This document shows, piece by piece, positions 26,298-39,900 of a stretch of 64,000 bases of DNA (positions are counted from its first letter, which is position 1; each line of letters opens with the position of its first letter). The notes below the pieces were generated by a model. It was not told the DNA's origin. It saw nothing but the letters and a program-made list of their open reading frames with translations, and did not search any database. Origin of the DNA: Octopus bimaculoides (taxonomy: Eukaryota); contig NC_068987.1 in the NCBI RefSeq assembly GCF_001194135.2, forward strand, positions 74,992,911-75,056,910, given 5' to 3'. Position numbers and translations under genes: made by a program.

Positions 26298-27047
26298 NNN
26301 NNNNNNNATATATATATATATATGTATGTATATATACATATATATATACATATGTATATATACATATATATATATGTATGTATATATATATACATCAGAG
26401 GTGTCTACATCATTCTGACTGTCTCCAGAAAAACAAGCAGCCAAACTGTTTATATACTCAACAAATGCAGCAGTTACTCTATGAAGGGGTCCCTAATTTG
26501 CATACTAAAAGTGTTTAACCCTCTATAAATGCCAGTGGACTGTCAACGGGGATCTTAGTCCACACAGTATCAAGGTATAATATAATATATATGTAACATA
26601 TAATTATAAACAGGGTATATTTTAGCCACTTCTCTGCAGACTAAAAAATGATGAATGTCTAGATGTCTGCTCAGAATCTCATGAACAGAGTGTGCTAAAG
26701 AAAATTTTACTCCAGATTCAGAATCAATTGAAAAAATTAAACAAACATCCTTTTCATCTATTGGAGTTTAGAAAATTGCTCATCTCCACAAAACAATTCA
26801 TTTCTAATTATTTAAGATACCAATATAAAATTTGATATGTTACTTGATAATATTAAAAAAAAAATTGTGTGACTATATATATACATATATATATGTATAT
26901 ATTAATATTATCTCGGTTTAAAAAAACCTTGACAATATAAATATGTTAATAGTTACCATGGGTACCAAAAATCACAAAAAAAAAAACAGGATATCACACC
27001 CGTTTTATAGGTAGAGATACCAAGTTATAGTGATGCATTTTGAGTAG

Positions 27048-27214
27048 ATATGAATAATAATAATAAATGGAGCAAAATGCATATAAACAAAAGTTCCTTT
27101 AATTCCTACATATGTTTCAAAATATATGTGCACTCTACTCCAAAGAAGTAAGAGGTGCTGGAATTGCACATATGTGTATATGCGTTTTGCTCCATTTATT
27201 ATTATTATTCATAT
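27048..27214. repeat. 167-bp fold-back element with 38-bp inverted arms
   Basis: 27048-27085 and 27177-27214 are reverse complements with 1 mismatch; nested shorter inverted segments inside. Confidence 0.8.
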
Positions 27215-29552
27215 ATATATATTTATATAAGTATATTCAGTCAGTGAAAAGTTTGTTTTAATTTTAAACCCCTTAAAATAACAGGTAATCAATGTATCAT
27301 CATCATCATCATCATCATCATCGTTTAACGTCCGCTTTCCATGCTAGCATGGGTTGGACGATTTGACTGAGGACTGGTGAAACCGGATGGCAACACCAGG
27401 CTCCAATCTAATTTGGCAGAGTTTCTACAGCTGGATGCCCTTCCTAACGCCAACCACTCAGAGAGTGTAGTGGGTGCTTTTACGTGTCACCCGCACGAAA
27501 ACGGCCACGCTCGAAATGGTGTCTTTTATGTGCCACCCGCACAAGCCAGTCCAGGGGCACTGGCAACGATCTCGCTCGAAAATCTTACAGGAGCCAGATT
27601 CTGTATCTTCAATAGTATAAACAGTTGTGTGTATATATCTGTATTCATGCATAAGTACTTCTGTGCCTAGTTCTGCTTCATGGCTGACCAGAATGGACCA
27701 CTTGGTCTTCTTTCTGTGGAGGAAATAATGTATTCCATTGGTTAGATAGTCCTGTTTTCTGTCAACATCTGCTATTTGCAGGACTGGCTATACCATGGCT
27801 AATGATGTCCAGGCATATGCTAAGGTTGCAACATTTCTAGTATCTCCTTGATGGTTAGCAGGTCTGGTTGCTGTTCACAGCTTGTCCTTTTGGCAGAGCT
27901 GCAGTCCTGGATCAAGCATGGACTGAGGCAGAGCACCAAGGAGAAAGAGTGCCACCAGACTCCTCACAGCCCTCTACTAGATGGTTGGCCCATAAAGAAG
28001 GGGATGGTCACAGCAGGAATATTCATAATCAAAGGTTTCTATCAGTTGAGGCTAAACAACAATAATAAAAACAAATTGCCAACTAACACAATGGTCTTTC
28101 AATCTGCAAGAAATAGCTGCCAAATCTTCTTTAAATTGTACTCTATCTTATGTAAGAAAAAATACATTAGATAATGTAGTCTCACAAGATGGGATGGTGA
28201 TAACAGGAAAACATTTGATTAGAAGTAAACTTGGTCATGATTGACAGGACTAAACAACAATTTACATTGTCACCAACTACCAATCAACTGTAACAGATTC
28301 TACCACACATTATCTGTCTGCATTTACACTACCATCCATTATTAACACAATGTCAGTCAACAAATAGCTGAGTTGTTAGGTTGGTGTGCCAGGTGTAAAT
28401 TTAAATGAACCGTCTCAGAACAAGCCAATAAATAAAACTCTTTCATTATCCATGCAAATATGAAGTAACAAAAAAAAAAAAGGATTGCTGTGTAAACATG
28501 AANNNNNNNNNNNNNNNNNNNNNNNNNNNNNNNNNNNNNNNNNNNNNNNNNNNNNNNNNNNNNNNNNNNNNNNNNNNNNNNNNNNNNNNNNNNNNNNNNN
28601 NNNNNNNNNNNNNNNNNNNNNNNNNNNNNNNNNNNNNNNNNNNNNNNNNNNNNNNNNNNNNNNNNNNNNNNNNNNNNNNNNNNNNNNNNNNNNNNNNNNN
28701 NNNNNNNNNNNNNNNNNNNNNNNNNNNNNNNNNNNNNNNNNNNNNNNNNNNNNNNNNNNNNNNNNNNNNNNNNNNNNNNNNNNNNNNNNNNNNNNNNNNN
28801 NNNNNNNNNNNNNNNNNNNNNGAATCCTTTACATAATAATAAAGACAAAATTTAAAATAAAAAGTTCATATTTCAGTTATTTCTCTCGATGTCTGTTAAT
28901 ACCTCACTAAGATATAAATTGTAACAATGTTTTATTACATCATCATCATCGTTTAACGTCCGTTTTCCATGCTAGCATGGGTTGGACGATTTGACTGAGG
29001 ACTGGTGAAACCGGATGGCAACACCAAGCTCCAATCTAATTTGGCAGAGTTTCTACAGCTAGATGCCCTTCCTAACGCCAACCACTCAGAGAGTGTAGTG
29101 GATGCTTTTACATGTCACCCGCACGAAAACGGCTATGCTCGAAATGGTGTCTTTTATGTGCCACCCGCACAAGAGCCAGTCCAGGGGCACTGGCAACGAT
29201 CTCGACTGTATTACTTTGTGCTGTACTATGTTGTGTGTTGCCTTCCATAGTGATATCCTTATATCATTACACTCTCCACTTTGAAGATGTGTAGCTTTCC
29301 ATAGTGAAGTATATACAGGTGCAGGAGTGGCTGTGTGGTAAGTAGTTTGCTTAACAACCACATGGTTCCGGGTTCATTCCCACTGCGTGGCACCTTGGGC
29401 AAGTGTCTTCAACTATAGCCTTGGGCAGACCAAAGCCTTGTGAGTGGATTTGGTAGACAGAAACTGAAAGAAACCCATCGTATGTATATATAGAAGCCAT
29501 GATTGATCGCTGACCAAACCATTCAATTTTTTTCTCCTTGTTTTCTCCGTAT

Positions 29553-29589
29553 TCTTTCTGTTGAAAAGCGTAGCTTGAAACGTTAAAGA
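29553..29589 (+). ncRNA. Hammerhead-like motif in left arm of fold-back element
   Basis: TCTTT-CTGTTGA-A-AAGC(GTA)GCTT-GAAA-CG-TT-AAAGA; A6 is replaced by U and there is an extra A after A9. Confidence 0.45.
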
Positions 29590-29741
29590 CTTTCTGTATT
29601 CCCAAGCGTCAAACTAATACATCTTTTTGTTGTTTACACCACCTGTCCNNNNNNNNNNNNNACAAAAAATAACAACAGACGAGGACAGGTGGTGTAAATA
29701 ACAAAAGTATATATTAGTATGACGCTCGGGAATACGGAAAG

Positions 29742-29778
29742 TCTTTGACGTTTCGAGCTACGCTCTTCAACAGAAAGA
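29742..29778 (-). ncRNA. Hammerhead-like motif in right arm of fold-back element
   Basis: TCTTT-CTGTTGA-A-GAGC(GTA)GCTC-GAAA-CG-TC-AAAGA; GUC triplet; A6 is replaced by U. Confidence 0.5.
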
Positions 29779-31113
29779 ATACGGAGACAAGGAGAAAAAA
29801 CACGGAGAAAAAAAATTGAATAGTGTTCAGTCAACGGTCAATCGTGTGTGTGTGTTTGTCCCCCCACCATCGCTTGACAACCAATGCTGGTGTATTTACG
29901 TCCCCGTAACTTAGTGGTTTGGCAAAAGAGACTGCTAGAATAAGTACTAGGCTTCCAAAGAATAAGTCCTGGGGTCGATTTGTTCGACTAAAGGCGGTGC
30001 TCCAGCATGGCCACAGTCAAATGACTGAAACAAGTAAAGAGTAAAGAATATCTTGGAGTGTAAGGTTTGATGTACAAAAGATATTGATAAGTTCAGAGCT
30101 CCACATAGAATATCATAACCCAGTCTGCTTCTAGTATAATAATGTGGTTACTACTGTACTCACTAGTTATGATAGACTGATTAAATGTTGGAGAAATTAT
30201 GATAAACACGTTTCCTATGAATGTTTCACTCTAGCGTTTATTTTCAATGCTTGCATTGGATGTTCCAAGTGCAACAGGATGCTGTGCTGAACCACAACAG
30301 GTTGTCAGGTGAATAATTTATTGTATTATGTTACACAGATCAAATGGTATTTGATCAAAGGCAAGTTGTTGAAACAGCTATTATCCATGGAATAAATGTA
30401 AACTTCACTCATTGTTTATTATATATACTCCACTCATCATTTGTATATGCTAGCAGAAGCTCCATTTGAAGGGTGGTATATCCGGGTGGTATAACTGCTG
30501 TGGTGTGCTTGTTTATTGGCCAAGTTGAAATGTAAAATTTTGTAAGTAATTTTGATCTGATTATTATAGTGTAAAAACTCACAAATATTCTCAGAGAAAA
30601 CTTTTGTGATCTCGTATCTTTAATGAAAACACTTGAATAAAGGCAGGAGAGAGAGAGAGAGAGAGAGAGAGAACATTCTAAGAAAAGAAATTGGAACAGA
30701 ATGTGCTAGGGAATGATGAAAAATATTAAATGAAATAACAGGGGAAAGGATACAGTGAGAGTGAGAAGAGGCAAAAAATGAAAGGATAAAAATAAGAGAA
30801 AGATTCATAAGGAAATAGAAAGACTAATAGGAGTAGAAATGATAAAGAAAAGATGGAGAAAGAGAGAGAGAGAGAGAGAGAGCTTTGCAAGGAAATAGCT
30901 GTGGTTTTAAACCACATTTTGATGAAAAAAAATGTATATATTAAAATTGAAAATTTTAAGAATTTTCTAAATAGTGTAGACTTTAATTGTTTTCTTTTTT
31001 GTAAAACCTGCTCATAACTAATTAATAAGCAGCTTTCTTTATTATAGTATTTATATTTATGTATATAGCTATATTTTCCAAGATAATAGAAGGGTTAAGT
31101 AAGAAGAACTTAC

Positions 31114-31177
31114 CAAACATGGTCCTGAGAAGTTACTTGCAACACAGTCTGATATTAGCCCAAATCCAAACTGGGTC
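31114..31177 (-). CDS. Gene 2 exon, Cys-containing C-terminal region (last confident exon)
   Basis: tattctag| and |gtaagt; (K)TQFGFGLISDCVASNFSGPCL; the downstream exon was not found. Confidence 0.82.
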
Positions 31178-33934
31178 CTAGAATAGACAAAGTGTTTAGT
31201 GGAAGTGATCAGTTGGTGCTTGTAACATAAATATGAAAAATTGATTTTTAATTATCAAAGTAATAGGAAAAATGTGAAATAAATTAAAGTTAATTATATG
31301 TGTTTGTGTGTGTATATGTTACACACATGTGCATAGCATAGTAGATAAAGGTGTTAAGAAATGCAGTGCAGTCACATAGAGGTTCTGAGTTCAATCCTAG
31401 GCAAGGTATTAAGATGACTCACAAGACAGCTGGAGCAAACTCAGCCAAAATGTAGTGAAAGCAACAAACAAAATGTGGACACCAGTCCAACTAATGTGTA
31501 TATTGAACGCTGTGAAGCAACAAACAGGAAGCGGGACAAAGTAAGTTCGTGTGTTTGCTCGGCGATATATATATATATATATATTCAGGTTGTACAATAT
31601 ATACTTTACCATTTCTTTATATATTTCAAATCATGTTTCATATGAAGTTAATGTATTGTTCTTATTTCACCATAGATCAGACCTGACTAAGCAGATCTAC
31701 GATCAAAGTAATTTCAGCTATAACCATTTTGTTGTTCATTTTTTTTTTTATTCAGGTACAGTGTATCTAGGAACCACTTATTCAATGCAGCTTTTGTTTA
31801 TTTATTTGTTTTTTTTTTGAGCTGGTATGATGTGAATTGAGCTAGTTTTGGCTAATTTAGCAGATGGCAGACCAAATAGATATTCTTTCTGACTGTTTTA
31901 TGTAAAATTTACTTACTTGCTATTACCTTTACATTGACCAAAGTCTGTGACAGTCCGTTTATAATTCATCAATAAAGCAAGGAGCTGTAATAGAGAACTG
32001 CATTGATTATATGCATGGCAAAAAAAAAAAAATAAAGGCTTAGAAAATTGTATATATATATATATACATATATATATCATCATCATCATCATCATCATAT
32101 ATATATATTGGGTTGTAACATAAATAATGTGGTTCTTTTTCAATTGCATGAACTAAAAGTCAGAGGGGGACGGGATAAACTACCTACATCAACTTGCTAT
32201 AAAAGCAGGTAGTAAATCTACCTTGTCCTTATTCTTAGTGCAAGTTTTGAAGAGTGCGGTTCGATTTTAACAGTCACTTTTTCAAAGCTATAATAGAAGC
32301 GACAAAGGAGTATATTTGGCATATTTTGTTTTATGAGTTCAATAAAGTCCTCAACACAATGGAAAATGTGAGGGATATTAATGCACTATATGGATATTGG
32401 ACAATAAGCGTAAGCCATTGTCAACGGTGATTCCAGAAATTCAGAGCCAAGAAGACAAGCCTCGTCCTGGAAGATCTGTTGAGCTCAACAAGGATATCCT
32501 GCAAACCCTGGTGGAGCAAAATTCTATCATAACTGTTGAAGAACTAGCAGAGAAGCTTGGATTTGGTCATTCAACCATTCATCAACACCTGTGTGCCATC
32601 AGAGAAGTTAGCAAATTGGTTAAATGGGTTCCTCACAAACTTTCCAAGTCTAATCATACATAGAGAGTGAATGTGTGCTCTTATTTGTTGCCATGTCCCA
32701 TGAATGAACCTTTTTTGAACTGAATAGTGACTGGTGATGAGAAATGGGTTCTCTATAAAAATGTTAAGTGCTGAAGACAGTGGAAGAAACACTAGTACCC
32801 CAGGCCAAAGAAGGTCTTCACCCATGTAAGGTGTTGTTATCTGTTTGGTGAGATATGAACGGTTTAGTCCGTTGTGAACTTTTAAACCCAAACCAAACGA
32901 TAAAAAAGGAGATCTACTATGTGGTATGACATCAGCGACTGGGGAGCTGACCACTGACCGGCACCTGGAGCTGACTGGAACTGGGAGCTGACCGGAAGAG
33001 GGGAAGAGGGAGCCATGATTGGCATTTTGTGCACTTTTCGAGTGGGGTCGTTGCGACGCGAAGACGTGCGAGGCGATTGTCCAGGTGAGGGAGAGGCAGC
33101 TGCTATTTCTAGNNNNNNNNNNNNNNNNNNNNNNNNNNNNNNNNNNNNNNNNNNNNNNNNNNNNNNNNNNNNNNNNNNNNNNNNNNNNNNNNNNNNNNNN
33201 NNNNNNNNNNNNNNNNNNNNNNNNNNNNNNNNNNNNNNNNNNNNNNNNNNNNNNNNNNNNNNNNNNNNNNNNNNNNNNNNNNNNNNNNNNNNNNNNNNNN
33301 NNNNNNNNNNNNNNNNNNNNNNNNNNNNNNNNNNNNNNNNNNNNNNNNNNNNNNNNNNNNNNNNNNNNNNNNNNNNNNNNNNNNNNNNNNNNNNNNNNNN
33401 NNNNNNNNNNNNNNNNNNNNNNNNNNNNNNNNNNNNNNNNNNNNNNNNNNNNNNNNNNNNNNNNNNNNNNNNNNNNNNNNNNNNNNNNNNNNNNNNNNNN
33501 NNNNNNNNNNNNNNNNNNNNNNNNNNNNNNNNNNNNNNNNNNNNNNNNNNNNNNNNNNNNNNNNNNNNNNNNNNNNNNNNNNNNNNNNNNNNNNNNNNNN
33601 NNNNNNNNNNNNNNNNNNNNNNNNNNNNNNNNNNNNNNNNNNNNNNNNNNNNNNNNNNNNNNNNNNNNNNNNNNNNNNNNNNNNNNNNNNNNNNNNNNNN
33701 NNNNNNNNNNNNNNNNNNNNNNNNNNNNNNNNNNNNNNNNNNNNNNNNNNNNNNNNNNNNNNNNNNNNNNNNNNNNNNNNNNNNNNNNNNNNNNNNNNNN
33801 NNNNNNNNNNNNNNNNNNNNNNNNNNNNNNNNNNNNNNNNNNNNNNNNNNNNNNNNNNNNNNNNNNNNNNNNNNNNNNNNNNNNNNNNNNNNNNNNNNNN
33901 NNNNNNNNNNNNNNNNNNNNNNNNNNNNNNNNNN

Positions 33935-33979
<45 letters not shown>

Positions 33980-36881
33980 TCATTGTTGTTGTCAATTAAC
34001 GACAACTTTCCATGTTGGCATGGGTTAGATGGTTTGATTAAGAACTGGCAGACCGGGAGGCCACACTGGGCTCCAATCTGATTTGGCAAGGTTTCTATAG
34101 CTATATACTCTTCCTAATGCCAACCACTCCAAGAGTGTAGTGGGTGATTTTTATGTTCCACTGGCATGAGTACCAGTCAGGTGGCACTGGCATAGGCAAA
34201 AAAAAAAAAATTTCTCATTGGTTCTCTCCCCTTGAGCGAATTTCTCCCTCTCTTCGATTTCTAAGCAAACTCTCATTCTCTCTGCCTCTTATTCTGAAAG
34301 CTACCGTAGATGGCAGCAACAGTAGTCACCAGTCAAATTTCACACACGCACATACATACATACATACATACATACATAAATACATATATATATAAAATTA
34401 TAATCATCTTACTGTCCACTTTTCTATGCCTGCATTGGTCAGATGGTGTTTATCCAGACAGATTTTCTTGTCCGGATGCCTTTCCTGCTGCCAACACTCA
34501 CCTGTTTACAAGTTAGGTAGTATTTCCCCATGGCTGGACATGTAGACATGTTCTCTCAGAAGATCAGAGGGTTGGAAATGATTGACACTGCCTGTAAGGT
34601 CGTGACAACCACATAAAACTTTCTCTTGATGTCAATACAAGGAGAAACACACACACACACACTCACGACAGGTTAGACACTTGCTCGAGGTGTGTGGGCA
34701 GTGTATATGTACACACACACTATATGTACTGAATACTCAATCTCTGATTTGTACACCCAAACACACATGTGCACACACACGCATGTATACAAATATACAA
34801 CAATGTTACCTGATAGAGCAGAGGCACAAGGGAGGTGTAGGTTTTGTTCCTTGTATCATAGTCAATGTATTCAAGGTGGCCAGCTGAAAATACTAAAGAA
34901 AAAGAATGGAGTTATATTTGTGGTCAATGCTGTGGTGTTGTCAACATTTTAGTATTCTTGTGTGTATTGTAGTATTTTTGTATTCTCTACTGTAATGTTG
35001 TTCATATATGTAGTAGGCCTGGCTAAGTGGTTAAGAAGTTCATTTTGTAAAAATGAGGTCCTGGGTTCGATCCCAATGTATGGCATCTAGGGCAAGTGCA
35101 TATATCATTACCTCAGGTCAAACCAAAACCTTGTGGGTGAATTTGAGTAGAGGAAACTGTACAGAACTGACTACAGTTGAGACTAATTACTAATACATAC
35201 CAGACTACATTACTTAACAGTAATTTGAATTTAATAACATTTAACTAAATTAGTGACACTTAAAATCAATAAAACGCTAACTTGCTCTCAGATGGGATGA
35301 AAAGAAAAGTGATTCTTGTACCTATGTTCCATGGTGCCATATCTTCATAAAGTGGTAGTTGTAGGAAGTTCTTGTATAATTTGTGACGGATTTTTGGTAA
35401 AAGTCCTGACCGAAGAAGAGTGATTAATGTTATAGCTGCAAAATAAAAAAAATAGGTTTGTAATCTGACATTTGGGAAAACATCAGGATCAGGCAGTTAC
35501 AGAAAATAACACTCCTTCGAACTGCTAGAATACTTAGACAATTGCTTGACAATTGAAGGTACCACCCCAGTGCATTGTTTGTGGACAGCCAGCACCAAAA
35601 TGACACCACCAGCAACAAATGCCACCACCACCGCTGCCACCGCCACCACCACCGCTGCCACCACCACCATTTAGTGACCATTTCCATGTTGGTTAGATTA
35701 TTTGACTGGGATTGCTAAGCCAGAGAGCTGTACCAGACTTAGGTCTGATTTGGCTTGGTTTCTACAGCTCGATGCCCTTCCTAATGCTAATCACTCCAAG
35801 TGTGTAGTGGGTGTCCTTTACATGTCACTGGTATGGGTGCTTTTTATGTGTCATCGGGACTGGCCACAACTATAATTTCTCTTGACTTGATGTGTCTTCT
35901 CAAGCACAGCAAATTTCCAAAAATCTTGATCACTTGTCATCACCTCCATGAGACTCAACGTCCAAAGATCAAAGCTTATCACCTCGTCTCATGTCTTTCT
36001 GGGTTTATCTCTTCAACAAGTAAACAAGCAATACATTTTGACAGAGTAATTGGAATGCTGAAGGGTTAAGATATGATGATTGAGTCTTTGATAAAATTTG
36101 TATATACTTACTGTGAACATCTCCGTAGGGAATAATGAAACCATCAGTTTTACGTTGAAGATACACATCATAATGATGACTGTTTGTTGAGTTGCAATGG
36201 AGACTGTACTTTCTGGAATGGCCATCACGAAAGGATTCAAAATGGTGATCAACCTTTAAAAATGTAACAATAATGATTTCAAATTTTTGCCACAAGGGCA
36301 GCTTGAGGGAAGGGATTAAGTTGATTACATCGACCCCAGTATGTAACTGGTACTTATTTAATTGACCCTGAAAGGATGAAAGGCATAGTCAACATTGGTG
36401 AAATCTGAACTCAGAACGTAGGGGCAGAGGAAATACTGCAAAGCATTTCGCCCACTATGCTAACGATTCTGCTGGCTCACCGCCTTGAAAATGTAACACT
36501 AATGAGGATATCATTGTCATTATGATTTTGGCATCTACTGGTCCATGCTTGCATGGGTTGGATGGAGTTTACTGAGGTGGATTTTCTGTGGTCAGATACC
36601 CTTCCTATCGCCAGACCTCACCTGTTTCCAGGCCAGGTAATATTTCCTCATGGCCAGACATGTCTACACAGAATGATGGAAATGAATGATACTTCTTGTA
36701 TGACAGTGACACATGCAATATCAAGACAAGAAGTCACAAACATACACATTTACACACAATAGTTTTCTTTCAGTTTCTGTCAATGAACCTGAAACCATGT
36801 GGTTGCGAAACAAACTTCTTAAGCATACAACCATGCCTGCACCTATACATATATACATGCATATATAACATACATACATTC

Positions 36882-36930
<49 letters not shown>

Positions 36931-39900
36931 TCATCGTCGTCGTTGTTTAACATCCGCTTTCCATGCTAGCATGGGTTGGACGATTTGACTAAGGACTGGT
37001 GAAATCAGATGGCTACACCAGGCTCCAATCTGATTTGGCAGAGTTATATGTATGTATATGTATGTATATGTATATGTATATATAACAAGCTTTCAGTCCT
37101 GTCTTCCGAATTCTCTCAAAAGGCATGGTCAATCAGGGCAATAGTAGAATAGTGGAAGACACTTGCCAAAGAACTCATGTAGTTAGATTGAACCTGAAGC
37201 CAGATGGTTGAGAAGCAAAGTTCTTAACTACCCAAGTAAGCCTGTCTTATTAAAAAATAATAAACAGAGAAAATAAACCTTCAGTTTATTTAACAGTTTC
37301 TTTGATTTAACTTGATAAATGTCATGTTATGCTATAATGATATCAATGATTAGATAAGATTAGCAAAGACTTTACACATGGTTTATTGACCAGATGGCAG
37401 CAGCTGGACTAGCCTGTAGTGAAAATCTTATTAAGACAGAGTTAGTTAAATAAAATTAATTATAAATGGTCACACAATTGAAGGGAAGTAACTCAATATG
37501 TTACCATAAATTAATCCTACCTGACGTATGAGATGCTTTACATCAATACGAACAAGGTTCCAAGGCAAAAGATCTCTAGTGTCTGAGTAGAAAGGGCCTT
37601 TTACTGTAGTTGTCACCTGAATAGACTTATCAGTTTGGTTATCCTGAAACATAAGCAAATAGTAAAGTATTCAAATATTGGTTTTAAATTTTGGCACAAG
37701 GCCAGCAAGTTCAGGAGAGTGGGTAAGTTGATTACATCAACCCCAGCACTCAATTGGTTCTTATTTTGTTGACCCTGAAAGAATGAAAGGCAAAGCTGAG
37801 CCTGGTAGAATTTGAACTCAGAACAAAAAGACGGACAAAACACCACTAAGCATTTTGTCTGGCATGTTAATGATTCTGCCAATTTGCTGCCTTGCTATTT
37901 ATGAGACTCTTGGTGTCCATCACCCAAAAGATGGAAAAGTATTCAAATATTGACTGGTACAACATATGTACAACAATACAGATTATGAAGTAGAGAGGAA
38001 TCTCAAATATTAATTTCACATATTTAAATAGTTTCACAAATTTGTCAGACTAGAACAAAGGTAATGGCTGTGTAGTTAAGAAGTATGCTTCTCAACTACC
38101 TAGTTTCAGGTTCAACCCTATTACATGGCACTTTGGCCAATGTTTTTCCACCACAGTCTCATATCAAACAAAATCTGAGTGAAATTTTGCTGAACACAAT
38201 TATATTCAATTAATGAAGTTAATTAGCTGATATTTTATGGTCCAGTGTAGACCACGACTGGTTTTATTAGACTCTACTAGTTTTCCTTTAGTATAGTAAT
38301 ATGTCATTAACTTACTTTGAAGAGTAATTTTTGGTCAGTTATCTTGAAGATGTTTAATGGGTGATTGTCTGATCTGAAAGAAATCTTCAGAAAACCAATG
38401 AGAATATCAGCAGAATTACATGTTGGAATGACTTAGTTAAAGAAATACATCTGGTATAACTATACTAACAAATGTACAGTATTCTGATCTACTTAGCAAT
38501 TCTTTCAGATCTTTTCCATTTGAATTACTATGCTTCGTCTTTAAAAAAAATATTTTTTCCACAGATGTAGTTTTGAATGCTAATTATAAAAATACCATTT
38601 TCTTTTGAGAAATAAATAATACGAAAGTTATGAATAGCTATCTGTGTATTATACTTAATGTAAATACATCATAAAAAGCCGAATCAGACACAGTATTCAT
38701 TCATAAAAAATATATCTTATGGACATACAAGGGCTGTTCATTAAAGATTTCTCCTGATCCACTTCCCAAGGACTGGGATAAAGGAAACGGCATAATTATT
38801 AGTCCTTCTCTACATAGCCACCACCAATGGTGAGACACTTATCCTATCACTTTATGCAGCTGTGAAGACCTCATCAGTAGAAGTCAGTAGGTTGCATCTG
38901 GAGCCAAGACTTTACCTCAGAAATAAGTTCATCATCATCTGAAAAGTGCTTCCCCTTTCAAAAAAGACTTCATGGTTGGAAAGAGGTGGAAGTCAGATGG
39001 TGTGAGGTCAGGAGAGTAAGAGGGATGAAGAAGGATTTCATAGCCGCAGAAGTGTGCTTTCATCTGGGCAACATGTGCATTGTGAACTGGGGCATTTTTT
39101 TGGAGGAGGCAGACTCCTTTGGTCAGCATGTCATGCCCCTCTGCTTTGATGGTGTCCCACAATTTCTGCAGCAAAGAAGCATAATATGCCCCATTAATTG
39201 TGGTACCCTTTGCCAGAAAATTTGTCATCACTACTCCATGCTGGTCCCAAAAGACTGTGAGCATCACCTTACCTGCTGAGGATTGGACATGAGCCTTCTT
39301 TGGAGGTGATGAGTTATGTTTCCATTGCTTCAATTGAACTTTAGTCTCAGGATCATAGTGATGGACCCATGTTTCATCCTGTGTAAAAAGTCCTCCTTGT
39401 TTTCTTGGCACATTGCCAAAAGAGCCTGGGAGCAATTGACTTGTTCTTGCTTCTGAAAAGGTGTGAGCATCTAATGAATCCATCATGCAGACAACTTCTG
39501 CATGTGCACATGGTTGTGAATGATTTTTTTCCATGGACCTTACACTTATCTCCACTTCTTGGGCTAGTTACCAAATAGTTATGTGGCGATCCTCCAAAAT
39601 GGTGGCTTCCACTTTATGGATGGTGTTGTCATCAATGATGAAATGTGATTGTCCAGGAGTAAGAGCAATTTCCACTTATGTCCAACAACATTTGAAATTG
39701 GCGATGCCAGTGCTTGACTATGTTATATGATGGTGTATCGTCACCATAAACTTCTTTTATCTCATTGAAAGTCTCTTTTGCTATACAACTTTTTATGTAT
39801 AAGAACCTGATCACTGATCTGCATTCAACTGCCTCCATTATAATACCTAAGTCCACTTCAGCAGCCATAAAAGACAAATGAATACCAGTGGAAAGCTACG

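Larger units (their letters stand above)
29501..29843. mobile_element. Fold-back (palindromic) element, Penelope-like terminal repeat type, inserted in a SINE
   Basis: The arms 29501-29648 and about 29672-29843 are diverged reverse complements around a short N gap. Each arm carries a hammerhead-like motif. The element interrupts the microsatellite of a SINE. Confidence 0.6.
29318..30048 (+). mobile_element. Family A SINE split by the fold-back element
   Basis: 5' half 29318-29495 and 3' half 29844-30048 are collinear with the 17383 copy. Confidence 0.85.

Noticed and set aside
30277-30315. DAVLNHNRLSGE* as the MCPH1 last exon
   Set aside because: A better-matching terminal exon (DSISSG...DDYML) lies at 21236-21315.
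37551-37575. DLLPWNL as a second kinase catalytic loop
   Set aside because: By alignment with module 1 it precedes the LVRIDV strand; the loop with correct context is DMAPWN at 35343-35326.
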